A stretch of 64,000 bases of DNA, from contig OZ024751.1 in assembly GCA_964016885.1 (NCBI GenBank), positions 33,108,001 through 33,172,000 of the forward strand. The letters run 5' to 3'. A program made the translations under genes and the position numbers. Positions within the stretch are counted from its first letter, which is position 1. The number at the start of each line of letters is the position of its first letter. The notes beneath the pieces are model-generated. The model saw only the letters and a program-made list of their open reading frames with translations. It was not told the DNA's origin and did not search any database. Shown here piece by piece: positions 1 through 13,813 of this stretch. This DNA comes from Eledone cirrhosa. Taxonomy: Eukaryota.

Positions 1-480
1 TCCTTCTATCTGAATTTGGTAAGTGGGAAACACTTCAAGCAACAGTCTATCCTCCTAATTTGAAAACTGAAACTACACACAGTGGTGTGTTTGATGGGGG
101 TGTTGCAACACAGACAAGAGAGATAACTCATATAACATTGGCTGATCCAAATAATTTGGAACAATTTTAAATACATAAGTGGGGGATGGGGCATGCCTGT
201 AAACCAATGTGAACCTAATATTGCACTGATTAAGTATATCAACGATGGGTAAGGTGGAAATGCTGAATCTCGCTAGCTGAGTATTGTGAGTAGGGCGATA
301 TTTCAATAAAGGGAGACTATCTTCGCAATTTCAAGGGCGAATCTGTTTTTAGTGGTGTTAAGTCAATGGGGTGACACACTGGGTGGGTTAGTGATAGCTA
401 TTAGAGACAGTGGAGATCCAGATTACCTAAGGATGTCCAACACCTTCATGTAAACTACCTCATCAATTTCAGTAATTTTC
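1..480 (-). mobile_element. Degenerate Penelope-like element fragment (linker/GIY-YIG region)
   Basis: Frameshifted minus-strand translation has TLVYRHAPS (cf. PxVAYRRxxN) and SANVI*VIS..C (cf. SxNVIYxIxC of the PLE GIY-YIG domain). Confidence 0.45.
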
Positions 481-586
481 GATGTGCTACACCCTTCATA
501 CCTGTGGATTATCAACTCACACCGAACTTACACTTTACTTTGCCAAACATATATACTCGTGTATATATATATATATATATATATAT

Positions 587-1026
587 TCTAAGGCGGGTAA
601 AATTTCCGAGATCCATGGACGAGTTCTCTCCAGCGGTCTCTGTACCTCATTATCCCTGCCATGTCCTGCGTCTCCAACAGACCAGTGTCTGTCCTTAGAG
701 CATCAACATACGTTAACCTTGGTCTTCCTCTTCCAGTGTGTCCATGTAGGGGCTCCCACAGGGGCACTGAGTGCAATGTCAAATCTGGATGTCCGAGAGC
801 ATGTCCAGCTAACCTCAGTCTCCTCTGTGTCACTTTTGAGCTGACTTGTCATTGCTGTAGTGGAGTCTGTGCTACTGTGCGGGTCTGAGACTTGGACACT
901 GACCAACAAACTCACTCAGATGGTGGATGGGTGCTACAAGAGAATGCTGAGGATGGCTCTGAACATTAATCAGTATACACTGAGGGTGTAAAACTCAAAG
1001 CTGTATGGTAGCCTCCCAAAAGTCAG

Positions 1027-1029
<3 letters not shown>
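587..1029 (-). mobile_element. RTE-clade LINE 3' fragment with 5' inversion, inside (TA)n
   Basis: 587-847 (-) encodes [46 protein letters not shown]. 848-1029 (+) encodes the upstream VESVLLCGSETWTLT..DGCYKRMLRMALNI. (TA)n lies on both sides. Confidence 0.9.
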
Positions 1030-1070
<41 letters not shown>

Positions 1071-4030
1071 ATATATATATATATACATTGATGATCCACA
1101 GGTATGAAGGGTGTTAGAGTGCCGCGGACCAACGGCTGAGTGTTTGCCGTTTCAACATCAAATATATATATAGATACATATATATGTATGTATGTATGTA
1201 TGTATGTGTGTGTATGTATGTGCGTATATATGTATATTCGTGTATCTGTGTGTATATGTGCGTGGTTGCAGGTGTACACACATACACACACATTTACATA
1301 TGTACGTGTGTGAGATCGGAATATTTGCACTTGTTAATCTCTAGAATGTATGTATGATGTGTGAAATTATTTTTGACTGATATTTCTGATAAATAACCGC
1401 TATCTATTTATCTTTACATAAATATACAACAAATGTATATTCCATAATTGTAATGCATACATTATCATTTCTTGACGTTTTAACAATTCCCCACAATGTT
1501 TTTGTGGGTTTTTTTTATAATAGGAGGTGGTGGAGGTGTGATATTCTTCTACAAATCTGATCTGATAATATGATTTATTAGTTAAAGGAAATTTTTATAT
1601 ACGTTTGTGTAGAGAAATAGAATGATATTAATCTACCTCTAATGACCTTGATGTAGCTGCTGCAGTGACCTCGCTATTTCTTCCTTCTGTCTCTATTTTG
1701 TCTTTTTCGGAGTTTATTATGTGTTTTACATAAAGATCGATATTGATATAGTAAAATATAAAACAAAATATACAAAAATACTATATAAACAATAATGACA
1801 CTAACTTACAGTTATGTCTAAATTCCCGATAGTTGGCGCCTACATTGCGTGTGTAGAGGAAGACTCCTCACAACGATATATTAAGTACTGGCTCAATAGA
1901 AGAATATCAAGAGATGAACACGAAAATTTAAATGAAAGACAGAGAAAAATACATTTGTTCAACGAATCGAACTATGTTAACATGGCTGTGGTGGTTAGGA
2001 GGACTTAAAAGCTGAGGTAGTGGAAGTGAGAGAGTGAGGGAGGGTGGAAGTGATGGGAGTTATTTCTATAACTGTATGATTAAGGGATAGCTAAAAAGAG
2101 AGAGAAAATAACAACAAAAATACACAATTGATGAAACGAACATATTTCCTCACTGTTTTGTGTTATATGCAGATTTATTATTGAATAAAAATGGAATTAT
2201 TCGCTTGCTAGCATCGTATTTTAATTTCGATGTAGTTAAATCTCATATAACAAGATTAAATGCAAATTTCAATTTGGATGTGTGCATAGAAGCTTGTATT
2301 TGTTAGAATATAATGTCCTAATGAGTTTATACATATACAGTCATTCATCCACAAAGAGAAGATTGTTTGATTAAGGTTTAGACAACATTATAACTTAGTT
2401 TCTTGTGTTGTTTGTGCTTATTTCAAATGTAAAATTTCCTCAAACTAATAATATTTTTGAAAACATTATTTCACGATTTTGACATTTTCGCAATTGACAC
2501 CTAATTTCTGGAAACAATAAAAAGATTTATGCTGATACAGTCAGATTTCTTGAAAGCAAATAAAGTTTCACAGACAGAATTAGATTTTCTGAAAGCAAAT
2601 ACATTTTGTCCTATAGAAGTAGATTTTCCAAAAAGAAGTAAACCAGCTTCTAAAATTAATCTAAATATATCTGACATAAGCTCTTCCTAAATTCCTGTTA
2701 CCAGTGGAACACTGCCATCTTCAACAACTGCCAAACTTTACTTCTTCAACTATTCTCGACATAGCAGACTAAATTTAGTTGACATTACAAAAGTGAATAA
2801 TCCAGTGAATACACTCTTGAAATCGTGCCCCACCTTAACCCCAGTCACTCACGAATGTTAATCTAATTTTATTACCAATCAATTTTCTTCCATGTTTTAT
2901 GGAAACAAGCCAAAGCTTGTTATAGAAAATTTAGAAAACAACTCAGTCGCGCCTAATTCTCAATGACTTGTGACTTTCTTGCTAATCGTGGCACTTCTAA
3001 TTTCAACTCACCATTTTCATTCAAAGAAAACCCAGTACAGATAAATATAGAAGGTATAACATTGTGCCTATACTTCATAATCATTTGTCACCTTACACGA
3101 TGAAATTCGTACTATTATTTCTTATAGCTATTCACAACTTTATCACCAATCAAAATGCAGTTAATATTTCCCAGTTTGTGTAAGTCTGCTTCATGCACAT
3201 TTTACATTTGTCATTATTCTTGATACTTTAATAAATGCTTCTTGCCCTGCAGAATTATAGTCTCATGTATTGCATCGATTTATGTACAAGTCATGCATTC
3301 TGTTTTACATATTTTTCCCACTCACAATCTCATGGTTACAGACACTTTCTCAGAGCTGCAATCAATAACAGGAAATGTCATTGTTAGTGTGAAGTGGTCA
3401 AATGTGTAAGATATTTTAAACATTATCATTAACATACTCAAAGAATACAAATATTTAAGTCCGATTATATCTGCTGTCTAGTCATTTGTCAGTACACTGG
3501 TATAAAGTCGTTAATAACTTCAGTTATGTCAAATAATTTAGTACGCTTGGTATTTCAAATATCTGGCTAAACAACGAAACACACTTTCTGTGACTTCATT
3601 ATTATGCACTGCCATGGTTTAAGTTTAGTTTAGAATAACGGGAAATAGCCAGATATCTGAAATTATTCACTAAATTTGATTAATATTCTTGCACGCTACT
3701 GTACAAATAAGTCTATCTCAATATAACGATTACGGCATATACAATGTTCAATCGAAGCCCCTTAACAGGAGCGATAATTATGATGATACGTAAAATAATG
3801 AAGTCATAAATCCCATGACCGATTGTGTTGCTGGTACCCAGAGTTTGTGAGAGATATGGCAAGAATGAAGAAGCCAATCTATCAAAATCTAACTATAGTC
3901 AAACTAGAAGTCACCATAGTAACATTAATTGATTATTGAATACATTTGCTTCATCATCATCACCATCATTTTTGTTTTGTTGTTGAGTTGTTTATGATGT
4001 TTGAATTAAATTCAAATATTTTAATATTAT

Positions 4031-4112
4031 TTCTTCTTCTTCTTCTTCTTCTTCTTCTTCTTCTTCTTCTTCTTCTTCTTCTTCTTCTTCTTCTTCTTCT
4101 TCTTCTTCTTCT
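4031..4112. repeat. (CTT)n microsatellite
   Basis: Pure trinucleotide run. Confidence 0.95.
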
Positions 4113-4480
4113 CATATCAATTAATTGTTCTTTGAACATTCACTATACTTATTTGAAGGGTGGTGTATGAGTTCTGTCATTTCTTTTGAAAATATTAGCG
4201 TAAGATTTGAAGAAGATTTGGGTGCCATTTCTAGCAGGTTGAGCTAACCATACCGATATGGTTACACATGTTAGAGCTAGGTACTCCCTCGTTGGCTACA
4301 CATGTTAGAGCTAGGTACTAGGTCAGGTGTTGTCGTGGAGAGATGACCATAAATTAATAAATAGTAGTTTTAAGGAGGCATGCCGTTAAAATGTTTGAAA
4401 TGCATATATTTTGTGGTGGTTACAATAACACAGCGTCGGGCTGATCAGCGCTTCGCCCATGGCAACTGCTAAACAGAAAC

Positions 4481-4581
4481 GTATATATATATATACATAT
4501 ATATATATAAATTATATATATATATAATTGATATATATATGTATATATATAAATTATATATATATATGTATATATATATAT

Positions 4582-4625
<44 letters not shown>

Positions 4626-4835
4626 CATACATATATATATATATGTATACATATATGTATATATATATGTATATATATATGTGTGTGCGTGTGTGTGTGT
4701 ATACGTATGTCTGTATAAATAGATGCACAAGCACACATATATATTCATACACATATATATATAGGTATATATGTATATATATATACACACATACACACAC
4801 ACACACATATATATACATATATATATATTTATACT
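4481..4835. repeat. Compound (TA)n/(TG)n/(CA)n microsatellite
   Basis: Directly visible; one of about 30 such tracts in the window. Confidence 0.95.
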
Positions 4836-4959
4836 TATATGGTGGGGGATCCTTATGCGCTTGTGTGTATGCTTGTAAATCAGTGAAAATACTTTGACAT
4901 ATTTTAGTCCCCTGTGGGAAGTCAACTATCATGCTTATAATAAAAGAAAAAACCTCAAA

Positions 4960-5480
4960 AGGAAAGTTATCAAAGTTAATATATATTATGCCGTGAGGTA
5001 AAGGAATATCGTCGTTTTAAGTAAGAAGCACTTTGGTCAGAGAGAGAAAAAGTAAAATTGAGAGAAAAAATATGAAAGTCCTAAAGGGAATAAATGTTTC
5101 CATGCGTTATTGAATAAAAATGTCTACCAAACTGTAGAACGGATATGAAGGGAGGCATATATGTGATTTCTGGCAGTAGAGAGCGTAACAGACGATGTGG
5201 GAGTGATAATGGTGCACTGAATGTTATGGGGTGAGGTATGCCGTTGACAAGAAATATCTATGTATTACGAGTGTAGTTCTATATGTCAATTTTTGTTGCC
5301 AAAGCATTTGTGTTAGAGGAGTATCGTTGTGTTGGAGAAGATCACAGACAAGGTTGTTGTGTAGGAACTAGGCAGTGTAGTTGATAGGATATGCGATGGG
5401 TTTGTAAGATACAAGACTATTTTTTTGCACGTCCTGCTATCCCAGTACATGACCTCTCAGTCGAGCAGCTCAATTCAACT
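4960..5480 (-). mobile_element. Highly decayed Penelope-like (Naiad-type) remnant
   Basis: Minus-strand traces resembling YKP...YI..S.H and the C-terminal LLxKR...RH motif; many stops. Confidence 0.3.
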
Positions 5481-5499
5481 GACTTCTTTTCCTTGTTAG

Positions 5500-5664
5500 A
5501 CTTAGCAAGATACTCTCATGCAATGAGGTTTATTTTCAAACATAGTCCCTGGAAAGAAACAATGCAGTTATTGATAAAATGAGTTGAAATTAATGCATAC
5601 AAGATTTTATAACCCTAGCATCACTCCTTCATAGTCAGCCTATGATCTTTTCAGTCGACCCTCG
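5500..5664 (-). mobile_element. Mariner-type MITE, one TIR decayed (same family as 9311-9509)
   Basis: Reverse-complement match to 9311-9480; ends GTCAGCCTATGATCTTTTCAGTCGACCCTCG followed by TA. Confidence 0.8.
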
Positions 5665-5716
5665 TATATACATATATATGTATGTATATATATAAATATA
5701 TATGTGTGTGTGTGTG

Positions 5717-5778
<62 letters not shown>

Positions 5779-5784
5779 TATATA

Positions 5785-5818
<34 letters not shown>

Positions 5819-6399
5819 AAAACATACATGTGTCTGCTTTTGTTTAAGTGTGTGTGCTTCTGTGTGTGTGCTTGCGTTTGTGTATGTGTGTGTGTGCAGT
5901 GCAGAAATATGGTGAGCGTGATATCGATTTAGATTTATTTCCCTTTTTTACCAGTGAGATATTTCAACAGCTAGATAGATATCTACACGAATAAATTATT
6001 GATTGTGCGTTATTAGCAAGGTATTGAACGAACGATACAGCGAGGTATGAAGTTATGAGGAAAATATATATATACGACTTTCATGTAACAAATCTAATCT
6101 AAAGATAATAAATATGCCTATTTGACAATATATAGTAAAGAAAGTGGAGATGTACAATAAAATAGACGATGAAATTCATCAGGAGAGCGTAATACTTTCT
6201 AATTGGTTCTGTTCAGTAGTGAAAATAAGCTGCTTTGACTGTAATAAGGGATCATTCCTTGATAGCAGTGGTATGGAACAGTGCGATATATCAAATACAT
6301 TCCATAAAAGAGGGATTTCTGCAATACGCCGCAGATATATTTATTAGAAACTCACTCAGTTATTACATTGCCATTTAAAAACACAAAGCATCAAGGATA

Positions 6400-8300
6400 T
6401 CTTAGTGCCATCTTCTTCATTTCTAAGTGACCAAGGAAATGTAAAAGAAAATTAGGTTACATTGGTGTAGGTGAATAGTAGCGCTGCATTCCATACATTC
6501 CTAGTTGTTTACAGTCTACAAGACTAATCTGAAATGTTATGTTCAACGAATGAAAAAGAGAAATTCACCTGTAGTATTAAGGCTTCGTTACAATGTTACT
6601 TGGTTCAGTAAGTTAGACATTTTAAAGAAGTGACGTTTCCCATCTTCTGTTCTTTTGTATAAAGTTAGTGATATGTAAAAATTGCCCTGCAGAGAGATTA
6701 CACATCGCATACAGCTCTGAAAACTATACCAAACTGAATTTTTATAAGACACAACTACGCTAGATTTAATCTAAAAGTCATATTCTATGAATTACATCGT
6801 TCCAAACCTGTATGTATGCTGGTCTCGACATAGAATGAAAAACCAAAATATATTGGTGAAAAACCGATTCATTTTCAATGGATATAAGGAAGTTATTCAC
6901 AAAGGCAAGATTTGCTAAGTATTTGAGCTTTGTTAGATACTATAATCATAGCCTGAATACTAATATGTGATTCATACGTGATTTTTGGCGAATACATCCC
7001 ATATATTGTCTTATTAAGTCAGTTATGTGATTTCTAGGATCAAGAAGATCTACAAATTGATCAGCAGTTTTAATGTAGTAATGAAATGAGAGGGGAAAGG
7101 TTCAAGTTACAACTTTGGTCACATTCACTCAAGCTTAACACAGAAATCCAAATAAACGAAACTGTAGTTATTTTTACAGTGTTGTTATTGATTATATTGA
7201 AGAGATCCATAAGCAAACGGAATTTTAAATATTTTAATTATTCCTTCGCTAAAAGCTGACAAAATATCATCATTTAATTTAAACAAAACAGCATGCTATT
7301 AAAATATTTCTCCTCATACAGAATATCTGGAGTTAGTTTGTGATTCCAATTTACCCTGTTTTACCAAATATAGATACTAAAAAGATGTATAAAATTATAT
7401 ATATTCCTATGCAGTATCTGAAGAAATTATATGTGACCTTTCAAACTTTCTTTGGATAAATCCTAAATATTTTGGAGGATACCATTTTTACAAATTTTAA
7501 ATAATTCTAGCTGAGAAAATATTCTATGATAAATATAAAAGGAATAGATAGAAGAAATTCTTAGTTGTCATGCTGAATTAGCAGTGATGTTGCAACTCAG
7601 ATTAATGGATAAGATGCCACTTACCAATATTTTAAAACGAAATGCTCAGTGATTTTATTTTCACTCTGCGAGTTATATTTCAGCAATATTGCTGCAGTGT
7701 ATGGAAGGTTAAATGGACTCTAAGAGCTAATTAAAGATTCAGAAGTATCTGTCTGTTTTTCTTGTTTAATTTAACCTAAAGTTAGATCACATGCATAGAA
7801 TACAGAAAATTTGTAATTGAATACTTTCATTATCATAATACTACCAATTCTATGTAAGGAATATTTATCTAGGAAATGTACAAATTCTTCCTGCTGATTC
7901 AAATTCCATATTACAGCTCTAAGGAAATGTGAAAGAGAATAAGAATATTCGATTTCATTATTCTAACCGAAGTTTAAAATACAGATAGACATTTATGAAT
8001 GGATCTTCTGGAAATATTTTTTCATCGTTTGTTTAGCAATAAATTTAAATCCTCAAATCATATTTGAAGGCAGCTTTAGTTGTTGTCTTTACTAATAACT
8101 TCTCTGCTACGATCTGCAAAATATATTATCTAGAGGTCAGTGTTATCGATTTAACCTTTTCAAATGGACTGCTGAAATATATCTCTTCTGCATATTTTAC
8201 TATCATTTCAAATGCTAAGATTAATTTTTATGAGCATTTGTATATGTCATCTCTAACAAAAATTTTCTACTTGAAATTTTAACAGCAAAAACTAATGGAT
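6400..8300 (-). mobile_element. Possible very old hAT-type transposase remnant
   Basis: Scattered minus-strand traces (IHC-like motif near 7690, FSFVE near 6550 resembling the hAT dimerisation region); no open frame. Confidence 0.25.
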
Positions 8301-9310
8301 AATGATGCGTAAATAGATAGATAGACTGTTAGATGAGAGATACATAAACAAAGAGACATCGTTGTCAATTATATATTTCATATATTATCTCTATATTTGA
8401 AAGCACAACAAAAAAAATCAAACAAACAAATATCTCTGTTGTTTCGCTTAGACAGAATGCTATTGAAAATGACCTTTTTAATAATACGATTATATATGCT
8501 GTACATCCGGATATCAATAAAACTGATGCAGAATATCACATACACGTATGTGGCCTATTTATCTTCAACTGTTATAGGAGAACGTAAAGATTCTCTTTTT
8601 TCTCCCTCTCCCTATCTATCTCTTTTCTCCCACTCCTCCCCCCGTCTCTCTAACTGTACTTCTCTATATTCTGTATAGTTTCTTAAACCTTCCTCACACT
8701 TATTCTCAAAGATCTGTTGCCTGTGTGGATGAATGGTTAAACATTTATCTCAGTTGTGTATTCAACTTGTTTCTTTTTATTTTTCCATCTAACAGTTACT
8801 ATCAATACATCAATATTCTCACCCAGTGGTCGGAAGAGGTATTTTCAGAGCTGGTTTTTAATTCAGGTTTTTATTCAAGCAGAAGATATATATACATATA
8901 CTCCCGGGAGAAAACGCTAGCATACAGAGAGTGACGTTGCCTGATTATCTGATAGCCTATTTCCGACAGGTCAGAGTATTGAGATAATGTAAAACGTGCT
9001 GTACTCAACAAATGCACAGAGAAACACATATGGAAGACTATACGTGATATCCCGAACTTATAAAAATAGTTGAAATAACTTGGAGATATCACATCATAAT
9101 GTCTAGAGTAAAGGCTATATTAAACTGAATAATACTTGCTATACACAATTATGTGAAGGGCGAGACTGAGGAGGATTTATCGCCAGTCTGTTGTCTCTAT
9201 TTCTCTCATACTATTATTATCCTCTCTTACTTTCACTCAACCACCTTTCCCCCTCTCTGCCATTCTTCATCATACCTTTTTCTCTCGCTTCCTATTTCTC
9301 CCATTCACTA

Positions 9311-9509
9311 TGAGGGTAGGCGGAAATATTCATAGGCTGACTAAGAAGGAGTGATGCTGGAGCTGTGAAATCCTGTATACATTAATTCCAAATCAACTTA
9401 TTAATAACTGCCTTTTTTTCTTTCCAGACACTATGTTGAAAAATAATCCTCATTTGGTCATTCTATGAGGGTGTCTTGGTCAGCCTATGACCTTTTCAGC
9501 CGACCCTCC
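9311..9509 (+). mobile_element. Mariner/Tc1-type MITE (~200 bp)
   Basis: ~31-bp imperfect TIRs TGAGGGTAGGCGGAAATATTCATAGGCTGAC / GTCAGCCTATGACCTTTTCAGCCGACCCTCC flanked by TA on both sides; second copy at 5500-5664. Confidence 0.85.
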
Positions 9510-9629
9510 TATAGCTAGTATTCCTTCAATTTCCTTTGTTGTTGGACTCAATCCATTAATATTTTCAAATGTGACAGCCAGTGTTTATAGTTTCAAATCA
9601 TTTCTACAATTCTCTTACTTTTTAAATGA

Positions 9630-10460
9630 ACTAGCAGAAAAACCACCCTAGGGTGGTTTTCTGCTAGCATGTGTAGTGTGTATATTGATATTATACATAT
9701 AGATATGATACATGAAATACAATCGTAATTGACAATATTCACAGAAATTGAACGAAGTCTATATTACACTGTCTTCTGTAATCAGTAAAGTAATCCAGGA
9801 TACATTTAAAAAAAGATGATATTATATATAAACTGCATTAGGAGAAAATTAGCGACGGAAATATATGCGATGTTTTTGTAAGTGTTATAATATAACGGCC
9901 GCTAACCGGAAGCGTTGACATTTGAAAATTTTAAAGAAGTGAATCTTTAAATAAGCTATAAAATATATTTAATCAACAGCCACGAAATTTAACACATGAA
10001 TTATGTAATATTCATTCATTATTTATTCAAATGGCGGTGGATTGGCAGTATCGGTAGAGGGTCGGACGCCATGCTTTCCAGCATAGTTACGTCCCTTTAC
10101 GATCTGAGTTCAAATCCCGCCGAGGTTGACTTTGCCTTTCATCCTTACGGGGTCGATAAAATAAAGTACCAGTAATGCACTGGATAATTGCTGGCCTTGT
10201 GCCTAAAGTAGAAACAATTATTTATTCAAAGTAATCCAACTTATTTTACAAACGGGATAAAAAAACATATACTTTGGACGCAGTCCCGCACTCCTTACTT
10301 TATCATAGTTTAGATTTCCATTTAAAGTCGGACTTTTTCTGTAACATAAAATTGCGAACAACTCAACAAAAGAGAACAGAACTACATACGTCGGACACAA
10401 TGAAAACCAGACAGGAACATAGCACAATGACGGACACATAGGGGATTAAATGGTATATAG
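9630..10460 (-). mobile_element. Probable non-autonomous Helitron-like element, interrupted by a SINE
   Basis: Minus-strand end CTGCTAGT with an adjacent palindrome (9631-9667). Internal part recurs at 55825-55960. Confidence 0.45.
10032..10216 (+). mobile_element. Full-length tRNA-derived SINE with 14-bp TSD
   Basis: B-box-like GAGTTCAAATCCC, core GACTTTGCCTTTCATCCTTACGGGGTCGATAAAATAAAGTACCAG. TSD ATTATTTATTCAAA at 10018-10031 and 10217-10230. Confidence 0.9.
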
Positions 10461-11033
10461 ACGACAGAACATGATATCAGTAACATGTCCACCAATCAGC
10501 TCAATCAATGTTGACCTCAGGCAGAACAACAACAATAGTGACAATAATGTAGCAACAACACTGTGATCAATATTGTTTTGCATGTGATAAGAAATACAAT
10601 GACGTGTGATATTCAATGATAATTCAGTTTGTTATTTATATGTTGAAGAATATCCTTAGACATGGAATTAATCACAGCTATTTTCTAATTAAGAAATAAG
10701 ATATACAATCCTATCATATAATATTTATAGAAGATTACTAAAGCTCCTATACTACATACATATTTCAACTCTATAATATCATGTATAATTTATCATACAC
10801 ATGATATCCATTTAGTGACTGATGTCATCAATGTAATTTATGTTGTTTGTAATTAATGGAGTGATATTTAGTGTATGATCTTTTACGATTGGCTATTGAT
10901 GTTTATTGTCGGTTTGTCTATCAGTTAATCTAGGAATGTGTTGAGTTTAGAAGAGATTGAATCAACTCTTTATTGTATAATGATATGTGGTGAGCGTATG
11001 TGTATAATGTATAATTAATTATATATAAAGAAC

Positions 11034-11065
<32 letters not shown>

Positions 11066-11207
11066 ATGTGTGTGTTTGTGTGTGTGTGTGTATATATGTG
11101 TGTGTGTGTGTGTATGTGCGTGTATACATATTTAAAGTTCATGAATAAATTTGACAAGTACAGAAATGAACAAATTCAGTCTTATAAGGTTCAGCATATA
11201 TACATAC

Positions 11208-11327
<120 letters not shown>

Positions 11328-11334
11328 ATATAGC

Positions 11335-11481
11335 TGCCCCAAAATGTGAGAGATCTACATGGAGTGGATAGAGACGTTTTTAAGAAACATCTCGATATTC
11401 TGCTGACCAAGATCCCGAGTAAGTGAACAGCATGCGACAAAGTAGAAATAAGGCCAGCAGTGACTCCATCAAGCGTCATGG
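11335..11481 (+). mobile_element. CR1-clade LINE 3' fragment within TA-rich microsatellite
   Basis: Translates LPQNVRDLHGVDRDVFKKHLDILLTKIP, matching the CR1 ORF2 C-terminal LP..R.....FK..LD..L..IP pattern. Confidence 0.75.
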
Positions 11482-13715
11482 TACATATATACATACATAT
11501 ACATACATACATATCGATACATTCATATCGATACATACATATTTATGAATGACTGTGGTTGACATCACTAACCAAGTCTACTCTGCAGTGGGATGGAACC
11601 TGCCACAAAGTTGCTCTGGATTGTAGTTCCAATCTGAAGCTTCATTTAGGTAGTTTATTTTCTTCTTTAGTCTATTAACCATTGTTAAACTTAATGTTGT
11701 TGTTTTTGTTGTTGTATTTTTGCTCCTACTCCGGCCTGATTAAGTACGTTTGTGCATCTTACATTTCTTTAAGAATGTATTCTATAATTATATTTTCCTG
11801 TATACATGTTTTCTCTCATTTTTCATGATAACAGGAGCTGATTCTTGGAAGATTTTAATGGTATTTTCAGTACTTTGACTGTAATGGCTAATTTTCTAAT
11901 GTTGAGGTTTATAACAGATAATCTCTTCTGTGATAGTTATAATTACTGTTGGGAAAATATGCGTTTGTTCAATAAATACTTTATTTTAGAACTTATCTAA
12001 AGAAGGAAATCATTTTCTGCTGTTAATGTAAAGATAAATGACTTCTAAGAAGAGATAGTATTGCTAGCAGTGAACCGCTATCTCGTTTACTGAGGAAGTC
12101 TGTCTTATAATTACACGATTTTATTGTGATTCCTGTGCCATTCCTTTCAAAAAATATTTTCCTGGATGAATATATAACTGGAGGCGTTTTAAAGGAATGG
12201 TAATGTTGCATTAGAGCATCATCGAAATTATTTGTAAAAGACATTAGCAATATAAGAGCATGCCTCTGTCTTAGTGCTGCGTGACGTAAGAGACAGTGTA
12301 AATGGCAACAAAATGGCTTCAATTGAGGACAACTGAGTTGGTTTGACGAGAACGTATGTGTTTCTTCGAGGCGCTGCTAACTGATTAATCTACAGTAATG
12401 ATTTCTAAAATATACACGAAGCTACATTTTGTTTTGCAAGATACGATTGGTTATGTATTTATTTATTTATATTTTTATATATTTATTTATGTAATAATGC
12501 AATTTGTGAAGCGTGGTTTCGCTCGTTATGGGCCAAACACTGGTTCGCTGCAATTACAACGGCAACAATGAGACAAAGGAATCTCTCACTCAATAGGGAA
12601 CAAATATTACATTCGTGAAGCCACGACCTTTTCGTTTCCTCCTCAATATTTCTATCCTTTGCTGATATACATCGATAACTGACATGCACATTCACTCTTC
12701 CATACATACATATACAAAGACACACATGCACATACACACATATGTGCATACATGCATACTAACATGCATATATATACATGCATACTAATTTGCATATATA
12801 CATACATGCATAATTATATACACACATACATAATGCAAGCATTCATACATACATACAAAGATACATACACTGACAAACATACATACACTGACAAACATAC
12901 ACACATTACATATACTCACAAGTACTTAACTGTTGCCTGTTACCCTGAATATATAACGAGCTTGCTTGTGAGAAACACAGTCGTCGCTTAGAAAACTCTG
13001 TGGTTGTTTTATACTCCCTTGATAGGTTCATATTATCCAGCGATACAGTGTAGGTGTTTTCCTTCACCTTAGTAGTTGTAAGAGTATATGTAGACAATCT
13101 CGTAGGAAGCTACAAATGTGTTTGTGGAATATCGTCAGTAAAATATTTAGGAAATTATGTAGGTGATATGAGTCCCAGGCCTTCTATACTGATTCCTATT
13201 GCAGATGGCTTTTGTTCGTCTTATTTCCAATTTTTCAACTGGAAACTTTGCGCTGTATTCACAAAATTCATGAATGGCCGTGCTCTTCCCATGACCAGCT
13301 CGGGGATTTAATCGGTTATATTCATCTCGGTTATAGAATCGATTTGCTCGTGGGACGCAATTAAGATTAGAATTTGAATACGTCTATCTCATTTGTGTAA
13401 TGCATCATATGTGCTTTTTTTAAACAGAATTTCGAGCATGTCTAAATGCCTTGTTGTAAAGTTGTGAGTTTAATATGAGGGTAGCCCACATACTGAGATG
13501 AAGCTGACTAGATATAAATTTGGGAGCGAAGGTCAGAACGAAACGAAACATGTAATGTAAATAAAAATAAAAATAACTGCAGAACAGGGTTAAGGAAGAA
13601 AGTAGTGACGGGATGATATAATCGAACGTAAGATAATTGAACGTAATAGAAGATATTTGAAATAGAAACATAAGAAAATAAGAAGTAAAACGTAAAAATA
13701 TAAAATTACACACAC

Positions 13716-13813
<98 letters not shown>

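Noticed and set aside
2400-3400. Possible DNA transposon zinc-finger remnant (CxxC traces on minus strand)
   Set aside because: Too decayed to support a family call.
4263-4319. 23-bp direct repeat TACACATGTTAGAGCTAGGTACT
   Set aside because: Only two copies; an ordinary local duplication.
4420-4932. YI/HT/CV/ER/SL-rich ORFs here and throughout the track
   Set aside because: Dinucleotide microsatellite translations.
10095-10125. tRNA-like B box
   Set aside because: Part of a SINE head with no cloverleaf, so not a tRNA gene.
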